This document shows, piece by piece, positions 30,774 to 40,803 of a stretch of 64,000 bases of DNA (positions within the stretch are counted from its first letter, which is position 1; every line of letters begins with the position of its first letter). This DNA is from Candidatus Endomicrobiellum incisitermitis (GTDB lineage: Bacteria > Elusimicrobiota > Endomicrobiia > Endomicrobiales > Endomicrobiaceae). Where the stretch lies: the NCBI GenBank assembly GCA_031275795.1, contig JAISOG010000005.1:69-64068 (forward strand), given 5' to 3'. The notes below the pieces were generated by a model. That model saw only the letters and a program-made list of their open reading frames with translations. It was not told where the DNA came from and ran no database searches. The translations under genes were made by a program, and so were the position numbers.

Positions 30774-31586
30774 TTACCATAAATCTTTTGTTGTTTCATA
30801 CATTATTATAGATGCAGCAATTGCAGCATTTAGGGATTGGCAACTTCCGTGCATATTTATTTTTATAAGTTGGTCAGCTAAGTTTTCAGTTTCGTTTTTT
30901 ATACCGTTAGCTTCGTTACCCACTACAAAAACACTTTTTTTTGGTATTTTAACAGTATTTAAATGTTTTTTTCCTTTCAATGATGCAGCAAAAATAGTAA
31001 ATTTTTCTTTTTTCAGCAATTTTACAAGATTCTGTATGTCTATATTGTCTACTACAGGCAAATGAAATATTGATCCCATTGTTGCACTTAAAGTTTTGTT
31101 GGAATAGATATCTGTGCTCCTTTTGGACACAAACACTGCTTTAAAAGCAAACGCATCTGCAGAGCGTATAATTGTGCCAAGATTGCCGGGGTCTTGAATA
31201 TTTTCTAAGATTATAAACATTCCCATATTGCTTATAACATCTTCAATTTTATAATGTTTTTTTTCTAAAACAGCTATTATTCCTTGAGGGGATTTTGTTG
31301 TAGACAGTTTATTGAATAGATGGTCTGAAAAAACTATTGCATTTTTAACGCTTTTTGCATTATTTTTATATTTTTCTGATATAAAGATTTGTTTTATGTT
31401 CCAATCTTTAGGAATTTCTTCAACTTGTTTTTTGCCTTCAATAAAAAAACAATTATTTTTATCGCGGAATTTTTTATCTTGAAGTTTGAGAGCTTCTTTA
31501 AATATATGGTTTTGTGTGCTAGTAATTATCTTGGATTTTATATCGTTACGCTGCACCTTTGTAAAAATAATTTTATTACTTGGCAT
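30774..31586 (-). CDS. TrmH/SpoU-family RNA 2'-O-methyltransferase
   Basis: SpoU motifs LENIQDPGNLGTIIRSA, VVGNEANG and SLNAAIAASIIMYE. Start set at MPSNK (31586), which has a GAGGA RBS. Confidence 0.85.
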   Translation of the reverse strand: MPSNKIIFTKVQRNDIKSKIITSTQNHIFKEALKLQDKKFRDKNNCFFIEGKKQVEEIPKDWNIKQIFISEKYKNNAKSVKNAIVFSDHLFNKLSTTKSPQGIIAVLEKKHYKIEDVISNMGMFIILENIQDPGNLGTIIRSADAFAFKAVFVSKRSTDIYSNKTLSATMGSIFHLPVVDNIDIQNLVKLLKKEKFTIFAASLKGKKHLNTVKIPKKSVFVVGNEANGIKNETENLADQLIKINMHGSCQSLNAAIAASIIMYETTKDLW

Positions 31587-31612
31587 CAAATCCTCTGTTC
31601 TTTTGTAACATC

Positions 31613-31921
31613 TCATTGTTCCTTAAAAAAGAATATAATAAATCGTATAAGGCGTTGGACATTTTGATGATTTAAAGCAACAAAATTAAAGCTAAAAGGA
31701 ATTTGGTAATTTAATCTACCATGATAACATTTAGTATTATACCAAATTAACCAATTGCTAATTCGTTTGTTTTCTTGATTACAATTTTCAATACATCTTT
31801 TGATCAAATAGTTAAATATGTATTTGAGATTTCTCAAAAATATGTGGATTTGTAGAAGTCCATAGCAGTATCTATATAGATTTTTGTTGTTTTTTATTCC
31901 AAAAATTATATCAGGATACAA
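31613..31921 (-). pseudogene. Degenerate rve-type transposase tail
   Basis: ISNWLIWYNTKCYHGRLNYQIPFSF (W-YN-x3-H-x-L-x3-P). Its last ~46 nt recur at 46401-46446. Confidence 0.5.
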
Positions 31922-32060
31922 ATGATGTGTAAAACAACAAATGCTTCTTCATTTTGGAATCACAAAATGTGATTTCAATAAAGTATAGTTGTAGTGTTAA
32001 ACAATGGAAAAGAAAATGTTATACTCTAAATATCAAAAAAGTTAAGCGCTGTTTATTTAT

Positions 32061-33719
32061 ATGGAGGAGATTGTGAGTAATTTTGAACTTAAAAATACAC
32101 CATGTTGGCAGAATCTTCAAAAGCATTATAAAGAAGAAATTCAAGGTGTTCATTTACGAGATTTATTTAAAGATGAAAATAGATTTAACGAATTTTCTGT
32201 ATGTGATAATAATATAGGTATAACTTTTGATTATTCAAAAAACATTATTAACTCTAAAACTTTTAAACTTCTGATAGATTTTGCAAAAGCAGCAAAAATA
32301 AGTGAATATGCAAAGAAGATGTTTTCAGGTGAAAAAATAAACTGGACAGAAAAAAGAGCGGTGTTGCATACGGCACTTAGAAACAGAAGTAACAACCCTG
32401 TCTATGTTGACGGCAAAGACGTTATGCCTCAAATTAATGCCGTACTTTCTAAAATGGAAAAGTTTAGTGATGATTTAAGAAGCGGTAAATGGACTGGTTT
32501 TACTGGCAAAAGAATTGCTGATGTTGTAAATATTGGTATAGGAGGGTCTGATTTAGGTCCTAAAATGGTTTGCGAAGCATTGAAGCACTATTCAGATACA
32601 GTAAATGTTCATTTTGTATCTAATATTGACGGTGCAGATATTGATGAAACATTAAAAAAATTAAATCCTGAGACAACTCTTTTTATACTAGCTTCAAAGA
32701 CTTTTACAACTATTGAAACAATAACAAATGCTTTAACTGCAAGGCAATGGATTGTAGAAAAATTTACAGACAAAGCTGTTGCTAATCATTTTGTTGCTCT
32801 TTCAACAAACATTAAAAAAGTAAAAGAATTTGGTATTTCCGAAAACAATGTATTTGAGTTTTGGGATTTTGTAGGTGGTAGGTATTCTCTTTGGTCTGCT
32901 ATAGGCCTTTCTATTTGTTGTTATATTGGCTTTGGAAAGTTTGCAGAGCTTTTAGAAGGTGCTTATTATATTGACCAACATTTTTTAAATACGCCTTATG
33001 AGAAAAATATTCCTATAATAATGGCTGTGTTAGGGTTTTGGTACAATAACTTTTTTAATGCTTCAACATGTGCAGTTTTGCCATATAGCCAATATTTACA
33101 TAGATTTGCTGCATATTTACAGCAAGGTGATATGGAAAGTAATGGCAAAACCATAGATTTTGAAAATAATAGGATTAATTATCAAACAGGTCCTATAATT
33201 TGGGGCGAACCTGGAACTAACGGACAACATTCATTTTATCAGCTTTTACATCAGGGCACAAAGTTTATCCCTTGCGATTTTATAGGCTATATAAATCCTG
33301 TAAAAAAAGTTGGAGATCATCATGAAAAATTGATGGCAAATTATTTTGCTCAAACAGAAGCTCTTGCTTTTGGTCTTACAAGAGAACAAGTGATAGCAAA
33401 TCTTAATCAAGCAGGATTTTTTCAAGATGACATAAAAGTTTTAACTAACCATAAAATATTTGATGGTAACAGGCCAACAAACAGCATCCTAATTAGTAGT
33501 CTTACTGCTAAAACGTTAGGAGCTTTAATTGCACTCTATGAACACAAAATATTTACACAAGGTATAATGTGGCGTATTAACAGTTTCGACCAATGGGGTG
33601 TAGAGCTGGGGAAAGTTTTAGCAAACGTGATTTTGCCTGAACTTAAAAATGGATCAAAGAGTACCCATGATTCTTCAACAGAGAATTTAATAAAAATTTT
33701 TAATTCAAATAAACAGTAG
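32061..33719 (+). CDS. pgi: Glucose-6-phosphate isomerase
   Basis: [25 protein letters not shown] and [15 protein letters not shown] signatures. Confidence 0.95.
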   Translation: MEEIVSNFELKNTPCWQNLQKHYKEEIQGVHLRDLFKDENRFNEFSVCDNNIGITFDYSKNIINSKTFKLLIDFAKAAKISEYAKKMFSGEKINWTEKRAVLHTALRNRSNNPVYVDGKDVMPQINAVLSKMEKFSDDLRSGKWTGFTGKRIADVVNIGIGGSDLGPKMVCEALKHYSDTVNVHFVSNIDGADIDETLKKLNPETTLFILASKTFTTIETITNALTARQWIVEKFTDKAVANHFVALSTNIKKVKEFGISENNVFEFWDFVGGRYSLWSAIGLSICCYIGFGKFAELLEGAYYIDQHFLNTPYEKNIPIIMAVLGFWYNNFFNASTCAVLPYSQYLHRFAAYLQQGDMESNGKTIDFENNRINYQTGPIIWGEPGTNGQHSFYQLLHQGTKFIPCDFIGYINPVKKVGDHHEKLMANYFAQTEALAFGLTREQVIANLNQAGFFQDDIKVLTNHKIFDGNRPTNSILISSLTAKTLGALIALYEHKIFTQGIMWRINSFDQWGVELGKVLANVILPELKNGSKSTHDSSTENLIKIFNSNKQ

Positions 33720-33725
33720 AGGTTT

Positions 33726-34757
33726 ATGAAAAAGTATATACTGGATTTAACAGATTCTCAATTAAAATCTTACTCAAAAGCATTTATAAAACAAGACTAT
33801 AGAATTAACCAAATTATTGATTGGATTTATGTAAAAAAAGTTTCTACTTTTGAAGAATTTACTTCTATTCCAAAAGATCTTAGACAGGAGCTTGAGAGAA
33901 AATTTTTGCTTAGATCTTTAAAAATAGTAAAAAAAAGACAATCTATAGTTGATGGAACAGTTAGATATACTTTTCAAAGCATAGATAAAAAGTATTTTTT
34001 TGCTGTTTATCTTCCTGAAAAAGGGAAAAAATCTGTTTGTATATCGTCGCAAATAGGTTGCCCTATGATGTGTTCTTTTTGTTTCTCAGGAAAAGTAAAA
34101 TATACAAGAAATTTAACTAGAGGCGAGATAATAGAACAAATTTTACAAATAGAAAATGACATCAAAGAAAAAGTGTCAGGCGTTTTGTTTATGGGTATGG
34201 GAGAACCAACTCTTAATTATAACAGTGTCACCTCAGCGTTAAGTTCCATTATGTCTAAAAAAGAGTTTGCCATAGGTAAAAGACATATAACTTTATCAAC
34301 TCTAGGCAATGTAACTGCAATTAAAAAACTTGCAGATGATAATTTTGGTATTCGTCTTGCTGTTTCTTTACATGCTACCACTGAAAAACAAAGAAAAAAG
34401 ATAATCCCAAACAGTTTTAATTTTTCTATAGAAGAAATACTAAGTGTGAGTAAATATTATCTTAAAAAAACAAAATCTAGGTTGACAATTGAATATGTTT
34501 TAATTAGAGAAATTAACGCTTCTCCTGCAGATGCTCATAGGCTTGTAAGACTTTTAAAACAGCATGATTTATTAAACCAAAACGTACAAATAAACTTAAT
34601 ACCGTATAACACTATAAAAGGTGTTAATTTTAACGCTCCTACACAAGAATCTATTCTTAAATTTAAAAATTTGTTAAAGTTAAGCAGAATTGTTGCAAAT
34701 ATAAGACAAGCAAAAGGATCAGATATTGGTGCAGCTTGTGGACAATTAGGTTATTAA
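33726..34757 (+). CDS. rlmN: 23S rRNA/tRNA m2A methyltransferase RlmN (radical SAM)
   Basis: CxxxCxxC as GCPMMCSFCFSG, with MGMGEP and GAACGQL at the C-terminus. Confidence 0.9.
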   Translation: MKKYILDLTDSQLKSYSKAFIKQDYRINQIIDWIYVKKVSTFEEFTSIPKDLRQELERKFLLRSLKIVKKRQSIVDGTVRYTFQSIDKKYFFAVYLPEKGKKSVCISSQIGCPMMCSFCFSGKVKYTRNLTRGEIIEQILQIENDIKEKVSGVLFMGMGEPTLNYNSVTSALSSIMSKKEFAIGKRHITLSTLGNVTAIKKLADDNFGIRLAVSLHATTEKQRKKIIPNSFNFSIEEILSVSKYYLKKTKSRLTIEYVLIREINASPADAHRLVRLLKQHDLLNQNVQINLIPYNTIKGVNFNAPTQESILKFKNLLKLSRIVANIRQAKGSDIGAACGQLGY

Positions 34758-34935
34758 TTAACATTGATTTAATTTTTAGAATATTTCTTGATAGCTTATA
34801 CAACAAGCATATGTTGGATTTAAACATACTGTATTAGGAGGTGGTATATAGGTGATGAAAATAGACGGTTTACAGAAAAGTGTGTGTTTGGTAATGGTAG
34901 GGATTCTAATAATATATATAAAGGTGTATAATTGA

Positions 34936-35003
34936 TAAACGCCTTTTGATTTTGCTCAACAGTGCTTAATGCTTCAAAAGTCTAATATGTTGTGAACGCG
35001 TAC
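34936..35003 (+). mobile_element. Solo IS end (last ~68 bp of the rve-type IS seen at 234-434)
   Basis: aaacgccttttgatttt.ctcaacagtgcttaat.cttcaaaagtctaatatgtt.tgaacgcgtaca aligns with 366-434. Confidence 0.7.
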
Positions 35004-35137
35004 ATTTTGTTGACAAATTCCAGTAATTTGTTGTATAATCATATAAAATATAAATACAATAGTAGTATTTAAATAAAACCTAACATAAAATCGTTTTTTC
35101 TTTTCAAAGAAAAGAAAAAAACGATGACAAACAGTGT

Positions 35138-35220
35138 GGGGGTGTGGCAGAGTGGTCTAATGCACCAGACTGTAAATCTGGCGGGATTTCCCTTCGGTGG
35201 TTCAAATCCATCCGCCCCCA
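35138..35220 (+). tRNA. tRNA-Tyr (GUA), long variable arm
   Basis: Hand-folded cloverleaf: acceptor GGGGGTG/CGCCCCC, anticodon arm CCAGA-CTGTAAA-TCTGG, T-loop GGTTCAAATCC. Confidence 0.9.
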
Positions 35221-35235
35221 TATTTAAATATATTT

Positions 35236-35306
35236 GCGAGAGTAGCACAATGGTAGTGCTCCAGCCTTCCAAGCTGGCCATACGGGTTCGATTCCCGTCT
35301 CTCGCT
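35236..35306 (+). tRNA. tRNA-Gly (UCC)
   Basis: Acceptor GCGAGAG/CTCTCGC, anticodon arm CCAGC-CTTCCAA-GCTGG, T-arm ACGGG-TTCGATT-CCCGT. Confidence 0.9.
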
Positions 35307-35334
35307 TTTTAGCTTTTGCATGATTTACGAGGGT

Positions 35335-35406
35335 GCCGGGGTGGCTCAGTGGTAGAGCACCTCCTTGGTAAGGAGGTGGCCGCGGGTTCAATTCCCGCCC
35401 TCGGCT
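35335..35406 (+). tRNA. tRNA-Thr (GGU)
   Basis: Acceptor GCCGGGG/CCTCGGC, anticodon arm CCTCC-TTGGTAA-GGAGG, T-arm GCGGG-TTCAATT-CCCGC. Confidence 0.9.
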
Positions 35407-35453
35407 TATTATTGTAAAAAAATCATAATAAAAATGAGGAGTGGACCAGAAAA

Positions 35454-36653
35454 ATGGCAAAGATGAAATTTGACAGGAGCAAGCCGCACGTAAACATAGG
35501 TACGATAGGGCACGTAGACCACGGCAAGACGACGTTAACAGCGGCGATCACGAAGGTGTTGGGTGATAAGGGGTTAGCAGAATATATATCGTACGATCAG
35601 GTGGCCAAGGCATCGGAGTCGCAAGGTAGGAGGGATGACAGCAAGATAGTGACGATAGCGGTAAGTCACGTAGAGTACAGTACAGACAAGAGGCACTACG
35701 CGCATATAGACTGTCCTGGGCATGCTGACTATGTAAAGAACATGATAACAGGTGCAGCGCAGATGGACGGAGCGATAGTAGTGGTAAGTGCGTTAGATGG
35801 GCCGATGCCACAGACAAGGGAGCACATACTGTTAGCAAGGCAGGTAAACGTACCGTCGCTAGTAGTATTTTTAAACAAATGTGATGCAGTAGAAGACAAA
35901 GAGTTATTAGACTTAGTAGAGATGGAAGTTAGAGACTTATTGAGCAAGTACGGATTTCCAGGAGACAAGACGCCGGTAATAAGGGGAAGTGCACTGCAAG
36001 CGTTAGAAGGGAAAAAGGAAGGGGTAGACTCGATAATGAGGTTGATGGAGGCAGTAGATGAGACGATTCCGTTACCGACCAGAGCCATAGACAAACCGTT
36101 TTTAATGAGTGTAGAGGACGTATTTTCGATAACAGGACGAGGGACAGTAGCTACAGGCAGGGTAGAGAAGGGGAAGGTAAAGGTAGGGGAGAACGTAGAG
36201 ATAATAGGGATACAAGATACGAGAAAGAGTGTAGTTACAGGTATAGAGATGTTCAAGAAGTTGTTAGATGAAGCGCAAGCGGGTGACAATATAGGTATGT
36301 TGTTGAGGGGAATAGAGAAGGACCAAGTAGAGAGGGGGCAAGTTATAGCAGAGCCAGGGACAATAAAACCGCACAAGAAGTTCAAGGGGCAGGTATACGT
36401 ACTGACTAAAGAGGAAGGAGGTAGGCACACCCCATTTTTCAACGGATACAGGCCGCAGTTTTACTTTAGGACAACGGACGTAACGGGGATAGCGCACTTA
36501 CCTGAGGGAGTAGACATGGTGATGCCGGGAGATAATATTACAATGGACATAGAGTTGCTAATGCCTGTAGCTCTGCAAGCGCAGTTGAGGTTTGCAATAA
36601 GAGAAGGCGGGAAAACTGTAGGGTCTGGCATTGTTACTGAAATCGTTCAATAG
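35454..36653 (+). CDS. tuf: Elongation factor Tu (divergent switch I; compositional outlier)
   Basis: [24 protein letters not shown] and [23 protein letters not shown]. Conserved position after tRNA-Tyr/Gly/Thr. Confidence 0.97.
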   Translation: MAKMKFDRSKPHVNIGTIGHVDHGKTTLTAAITKVLGDKGLAEYISYDQVAKASESQGRRDDSKIVTIAVSHVEYSTDKRHYAHIDCPGHADYVKNMITGAAQMDGAIVVVSALDGPMPQTREHILLARQVNVPSLVVFLNKCDAVEDKELLDLVEMEVRDLLSKYGFPGDKTPVIRGSALQALEGKKEGVDSIMRLMEAVDETIPLPTRAIDKPFLMSVEDVFSITGRGTVATGRVEKGKVKVGENVEIIGIQDTRKSVVTGIEMFKKLLDEAQAGDNIGMLLRGIEKDQVERGQVIAEPGTIKPHKKFKGQVYVLTKEEGGRHTPFFNGYRPQFYFRTTDVTGIAHLPEGVDMVMPGDNITMDIELLMPVALQAQLRFAIREGGKTVGSGIVTEIVQ

Positions 36654-36739
36654 GTGGTGGGAATTAATAATGTCTTTTGAACTTTTTTGCTAAAATACAA
36701 TACTGTGTTGTACAAATTAGATTTGGAGAATTGAAAAAG

Positions 36740-36892
36740 ATGGCAGAAAGAGTTATTATAGCAATGGCTTGCAGTGAGTGCAAGAATAGAAATTATTATT
36801 TTGATAGAAGTAAAAAACAAGAAGGCAAGCTATCTCTAAAAAAATTTTGTAAAAATTGTCAAAAACGTACTGAACATAAAGAAACAAAATAA
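36740..36892 (+). CDS. rpmG: 50S ribosomal protein L33
   Basis: MAERVIIAMACSECKNRNYY...CKNCQKRTEHKETK with a zinc-ribbon CxxC pair. GGAGA RBS. Real start is M22 of the track ORF. Confidence 0.9.
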   Translation: MAERVIIAMACSECKNRNYYFDRSKKQEGKLSLKKFCKNCQKRTEHKETK

Positions 36893-36917
36893 TGTAATTT
36901 AAATAGTTAATTTTAGT

Positions 36918-36988
36918 GGGGGCGTAAGCTAACGGTAAACTGCTGGTCTCCAAAACCAGCTTTGGTGGTTCAAATCCATCCGCCCCTG
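36918..36988 (+). tRNA. tRNA-Trp (CCA)
   Basis: Acceptor GGGGGCG/CGCCCCT, anticodon arm CTGGT-CTCCAAA-ACCAG. Canonical position before secE. Confidence 0.9.
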
Positions 36989-37011
36989 CTTTTAACAATG
37001 TTAATGAAGGT

Positions 37012-37206
37012 ATGGAAATGAATTTAATAAAAAACGCCATGAATTTTTTTACAGATGCATATTACGAGCTTACAAAGGCAACTTGGCTTGGCAAAAAGGA
37101 AGTTGTTGGCACTACTGTAGTTGTGGTTGTTTTTGTTATTATAATGTCTATTTTTGTTAGTATAGTTGATTTATTTTTGGGCACAATAGTAGGTGTTATA
37201 TTATAA
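37012..37206 (+). CDS. secE: Preprotein translocase subunit SecE
   Basis: 64 aa, YYELTKATWLGKKEV followed by one TM helix. tRNA-Trp-secE-nusG synteny. Confidence 0.85.
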   Translation: MEMNLIKNAMNFFTDAYYELTKATWLGKKEVVGTTVVVVVFVIIMSIFVSIVDLFLGTIVGVIL

Positions 37207-37219
37207 GCTGGAGCAAAAA

Positions 37220-37753
37220 ATGGCAAATCAATGGTATGTTGTACATACATATTCAGGGCATGAAGATAAAGTAAAAAAAAGCTTAGAAATGGCTATTGCA
37301 AATTTAAATATGCATGATGTTGTTTCTCAAGTTCTTGTGCCAACTGAAGAAGTGGTTGAAGTAAAACAAAATAAAAAAATAATAAAAAAAAGAAAGTTTT
37401 TCCCAGGTTATGTTTTTCTTGAAATGACTGTAAACAATACGACCTACTGGCTTGTTAGAAATACTGCAGGTGTTACTGGTTTTCTGGGTGGAGTTAAACC
37501 TGTGCCGATGGGTGAGGATGAAGTTGACAGCTTTTTAAATAATATTGTAAGTCCAGATGCTTCTAAAAAACCTAGACCAGCAGTTTCTTTTGACAAAGAA
37601 GAAAATGTTCGTATTGTAGAAGGGCCGTTTAAGCATTTTATCGGTATTGTTGAAGAAGTTAACCAAGAAAGAGGAAAACTTAGAGTTATGGTCACCATAT
37701 TTGGTAGGCCAACACCAGTTGAACTGGATTTTTTACAGGTAGAAAAAATATAG
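37220..37753 (+). CDS. nusG: Transcription termination/antitermination factor NusG
   Basis: WYVVHTYSGHEDKV, FPGYVFLEM, and a KOW block VRIVEGPFKHFIGIVEEV. Confidence 0.95.
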   Translation: MANQWYVVHTYSGHEDKVKKSLEMAIANLNMHDVVSQVLVPTEEVVEVKQNKKIIKKRKFFPGYVFLEMTVNNTTYWLVRNTAGVTGFLGGVKPVPMGEDEVDSFLNNIVSPDASKKPRPAVSFDKEENVRIVEGPFKHFIGIVEEVNQERGKLRVMVTIFGRPTPVELDFLQVEKI

Positions 37754-37807
37754 AAATTCAAACGTTCTTGTAATTATAAAATTAGTAAGAGTATAGGAGT
37801 AAAGTAA

Positions 37808-38245
37808 ATGGCCCCAAAGAAAGTAAAAGCAATGATAAAATTACAAATTCCTGCAGGTGGAGCAAATCCTGCTCCTCCAGTTGGCCCTGCATTAGGACAG
37901 CAGGGTGTAAATATTATGGATTTTTGTAAACAATTTAATGAAAAAACAAAAACTATGGAAAAAGGTATTACTATACCTGTAGTTATAACAGTATTTGAAG
38001 ATAGATCGTTTACTTTTATAACAAAAATGCCTCCAGTTTCAGCTTTAGTAAAAAAGGTTGCTGGCATAGCTAAAGCTTCCGGTGTTCCTAATAGGAATAA
38101 GGTTGGAAAAATCACTAAAGCTCAGGTTGAAGATATTGCTAAGCAAAAAATGCCAGATCTAAATGCCAATGGCAACTTAGAAGCTGCTAAGCTTATGGTT
38201 GAAGGTACAGCAAGAAGTATGGGTGTAGATGTAGTAAATAAATAA
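37808..38245 (+). CDS. rplK: 50S ribosomal protein L11
   Basis: [35 protein letters not shown]. Confidence 0.97.
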   Translation: MAPKKVKAMIKLQIPAGGANPAPPVGPALGQQGVNIMDFCKQFNEKTKTMEKGITIPVVITVFEDRSFTFITKMPPVSALVKKVAGIAKASGVPNRNKVGKITKAQVEDIAKQKMPDLNANGNLEAAKLMVEGTARSMGVDVVNK

Positions 38246-38293
38246 TAAAAACGAAGTGTGGGAGCATGTAAGCGAAAACCACAAGGAGAAAAC

Positions 38294-38971
38294 ATGGGTA
38301 AGAGGTTGGAAAAAGTATCAAAGTTAGTTGATAAAAACAAAGTTTATACAGTTGAAGAAGCTGTATCTCTTGTAAAAGAAACTGCAAAAGCAAAGTTTGA
38401 TGAAACTGTTGAAGTTCATATAAGACTTGGTATAGATCCAAAGCAAAGTGATCAAATAGTAAGAGGTACGGTTTCTTTACCGCATGGCATAGGAAGAACA
38501 AGAAAGGTTGCTGTTTTAGTTAAAGGCGAAAAACAAAAAGAAGCCCAAACAGCAGGTGCAGATATTGTTGGTTCTGATGATTTAATTGAAGAAATATCAA
38601 AAGGTAAATTGGATTTTGATGTTTTGGTTGCAACTCCAGATATTATGAAAGATTTAAGTAAAGTTGCAAAAGTTCTTGGTCCTAAAGGTTTAATGCCAAG
38701 TCCAAAAGCAGGTACTGTTACTTTTGAAATTGGCAAAACAGTTGCAGAACTTAAAACGGGAAGAGTAGAATATAAAAATGATTCTTTTGGAATAATTCAC
38801 GTTCCAGTTGGAAAAGTATCTTTTGATAAAGAGAAACTAGTTGGTAATATTAAAGCTTTGGTTGAAGTTGTAATAAAAGCCAAACCTTCTAGTTCAAAGG
38901 GACAATATATGAAAAGTATATCTATTTCTTCAACAATGGGACCTGGTATATTTGTTGACCAAAGAGTATAG
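38294..38971 (+). CDS. rplA: 50S ribosomal protein L1
   Basis: FDETVEVHIRLGIDPKQSDQIVRGTVSLPHG. Start chosen at MGKRLEK (38294). Confidence 0.95.
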   Translation: MGKRLEKVSKLVDKNKVYTVEEAVSLVKETAKAKFDETVEVHIRLGIDPKQSDQIVRGTVSLPHGIGRTRKVAVLVKGEKQKEAQTAGADIVGSDDLIEEISKGKLDFDVLVATPDIMKDLSKVAKVLGPKGLMPSPKAGTVTFEIGKTVAELKTGRVEYKNDSFGIIHVPVGKVSFDKEKLVGNIKALVEVVIKAKPSSSKGQYMKSISISSTMGPGIFVDQRV

Positions 38972-39000
38972 TTGCTTTTTTATAAATATTTTGTGTATAA

Positions 39001-39030
39001 AAGGTGGCTTACAGCCGCCTTTTATTTTTT
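39001..39030 (+). terminator. Rho-independent terminator after rplA
   Basis: aaggtggc-ttaca-gccgcctt hairpin followed by ttatttttt. Confidence 0.7.
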
Positions 39031-39042
39031 AAGGGACTAAAT

Positions 39043-39498
39043 ATGAATAAAGTTAACAATATAGAAAGTTTACTCAGTGAAGTTTCTATTGAGAATAATA
39101 TTGAAATTGTTGATGTACAATATATTAAAGAGAATGGTGACTGGGTTTTACGAATTTTTATAGATAAAGATTCTGGCGTTACAATGAGCGATTGTGAAAA
39201 ATTTAGTTATATTTTTAATGAAATATTAGATAAAAGCAATATACTTCAAGAATCTTATATATTAGAAGTTTCTTCGCCTGGTTTAAATAGAGTATTAAAA
39301 CAAGAAAAAAGTTTTAAACGTTTTATAGGTAGTAAGGTTAGAATACAGACACATATTTCTATAAACAATCAAAAAAATTTTTTAGGGCCACTTTTGAGCT
39401 TTAATAATGGTATAGTTACTATAAATGATGTTACAAATGGTGTTGTTAATATAAATTTTTCAGATATTAAAAAAGCCAATTTAGAGACGGAAATTTAG
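39043..39498 (+). CDS. rimP: Ribosome maturation factor RimP
   Basis: WVLRIFIDKDSGVTMSDCEKFS...YILEVSSPGLNRVLK. Sits upstream of nusA. Confidence 0.9.
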   Translation: MNKVNNIESLLSEVSIENNIEIVDVQYIKENGDWVLRIFIDKDSGVTMSDCEKFSYIFNEILDKSNILQESYILEVSSPGLNRVLKQEKSFKRFIGSKVRIQTHISINNQKNFLGPLLSFNNGIVTINDVTNGVVNINFSDIKKANLETEI

Positions 39499-39506
39499 GA
39501 GGCAAA

Positions 39507-40757
39507 ATGGGTGAAAAGACTGAGCTTTTAATGGCTCTTGAACAAATAGAGAAAGATAAGAAAATTAAGAAAGAAGATATTTTAACTGTAATAGAAAACG
39601 CTTTAGTTTCAGCATACAAAAAGCACGTTGGGAAAAATGTTAATGTTGAAGCTAGTGTCGACCCTGAAACAGGTAAAATGGCCGCAAATATAGTTAAAAT
39701 TGTAGTTGAAGATATCGAAACTCCTATGCTTGAGATAAGTCTTCAGGACGCGAAAAAATTTAGTGGTAATATTGAAATTGGTTCTGAGATAAGAATCCCT
39801 CTTGATACGCAAGATTTTTCAAGAATTGCAGCTCAGACTGCAAAACAAGTTATAGTGCAAAAAATCAAAGAATCTGAAAAAGATTTTTTGTTTGACGAAC
39901 TGAAAAAAAAAATAGGACAAATTGTGAGTGGTGTTATATATAGAACATCAAATAAAAATCTTATTGTTGATTTAGGTAAAACCGAAGCTATACTTCCTAG
40001 CACTGAACAGGTTGTTCAGGAAAAGTTTAGTATTGGGCAACATATTAAAGCTATTGTATTAAAAGTTGATAAAAATATAAAAGGTTCTGGAGTGATTCTT
40101 TCGCGGACTAGTGTAAAACTTATCAGGAGACTTTTTGAATTGGAAGTGCCTGAAATTTATGAAAAGATTGTTGAAATAGTAAATGTTGTAAGAGAGCCAG
40201 GAGTAAGAACGAAAGTTGCTGTTATTTCTCATAATCCAAAGGTTGATCCAGTTGGCGCTTGTGTTGGTATAAAAGGTTCTAGAGTAAAACCGATCATAGA
40301 AGAGCTTAGAGGGGAAAGGGTTGATTTAGTTCAATTTTCTAATGATCCGGTAAAATATATACCAGCTTCTTTGACTCCAGCCAAGACTCTTTCTGCAACT
40401 ATTCTTTCTGATGCTAACAAGCGAGCTGAAGTTATTGTAAGTGACGATATGTTATCTTTAGCTATAGGGAAAAATGGTCATAATGCAAGACTTGCAGCAA
40501 AACTTACAGGTTGGTATATTGATGTGAAGTCTGAAAATCAAAAGAAACAAGGAAGTCAAACTAAGGCTGAAAGTAAAATTCAAACACTTGAAAAACTAGA
40601 AGGCCTTAGTGAAAAAGTAATAGAAATTCTTGTTAATGCAGGTTTTACTGACATAGAAAAGTTGTCGTCTTTTGCGGTTAAAGATCTTACGACTTTACCT
40701 GGCATAGGTCAAAAAACTGCAGAGAAAATTATAGAAGCAGCAAGGCGCGCTCTTTAA
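39507..40757 (+). CDS. nusA: Transcription termination/antitermination protein NusA
   Basis: S1 domain, two KH domains (DPVGACVGIKGSRVKPI, AIGKNGHNARLAAKLTGW), and a C-terminal HhH LPGIGQKTAEKI. Confidence 0.95.
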   Translation: MGEKTELLMALEQIEKDKKIKKEDILTVIENALVSAYKKHVGKNVNVEASVDPETGKMAANIVKIVVEDIETPMLEISLQDAKKFSGNIEIGSEIRIPLDTQDFSRIAAQTAKQVIVQKIKESEKDFLFDELKKKIGQIVSGVIYRTSNKNLIVDLGKTEAILPSTEQVVQEKFSIGQHIKAIVLKVDKNIKGSGVILSRTSVKLIRRLFELEVPEIYEKIVEIVNVVREPGVRTKVAVISHNPKVDPVGACVGIKGSRVKPIIEELRGERVDLVQFSNDPVKYIPASLTPAKTLSATILSDANKRAEVIVSDDMLSLAIGKNGHNARLAAKLTGWYIDVKSENQKKQGSQTKAESKIQTLEKLEGLSEKVIEILVNAGFTDIEKLSSFAVKDLTTLPGIGQKTAEKIIEAARRAL

Positions 40758-40803
40758 TATTATTGTCGTTTTAAAATTTAGTTAGAAAAAGGTAGGAGTG
40801 TTT

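Noticed and set aside
34826-34930. A 26-codon ORF (MKIDGLQKSVCLVMVGILIIYIKVYN) downstream of an AGGAGG
   Set aside because: It is too short and has no recognisable family. It abuts the solo IS end, so it may be the stub of a disrupted gene. The evidence is not sufficient to call it.
35069-35460. Track ORFs 35069-35281 (-), 35124-35312 (+), 35224-35460 (-), and 36756-37040 (-)
   Set aside because: They run across tRNA-Tyr/Gly/Thr (and tRNA-Trp/rpmG). The tRNA cloverleaves explain the sequence.
35548-36497. Minus-strand ORFs 35548-35838, 35729-36442 and 36264-36497
   Set aside because: They are shadows of tuf, which is unambiguous on the + strand. The cause is the same purine-skew artefact.
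35454-36653. Chimeric assembly as the explanation for the odd composition of tuf
   Set aside because: The compositional shift coincides exactly with the CDS boundaries, while the flanking tRNAs, spacers and rpmG look native. That points to codon-level selection or gene-level replacement rather than a contig join. It still deserves a read-mapping check.
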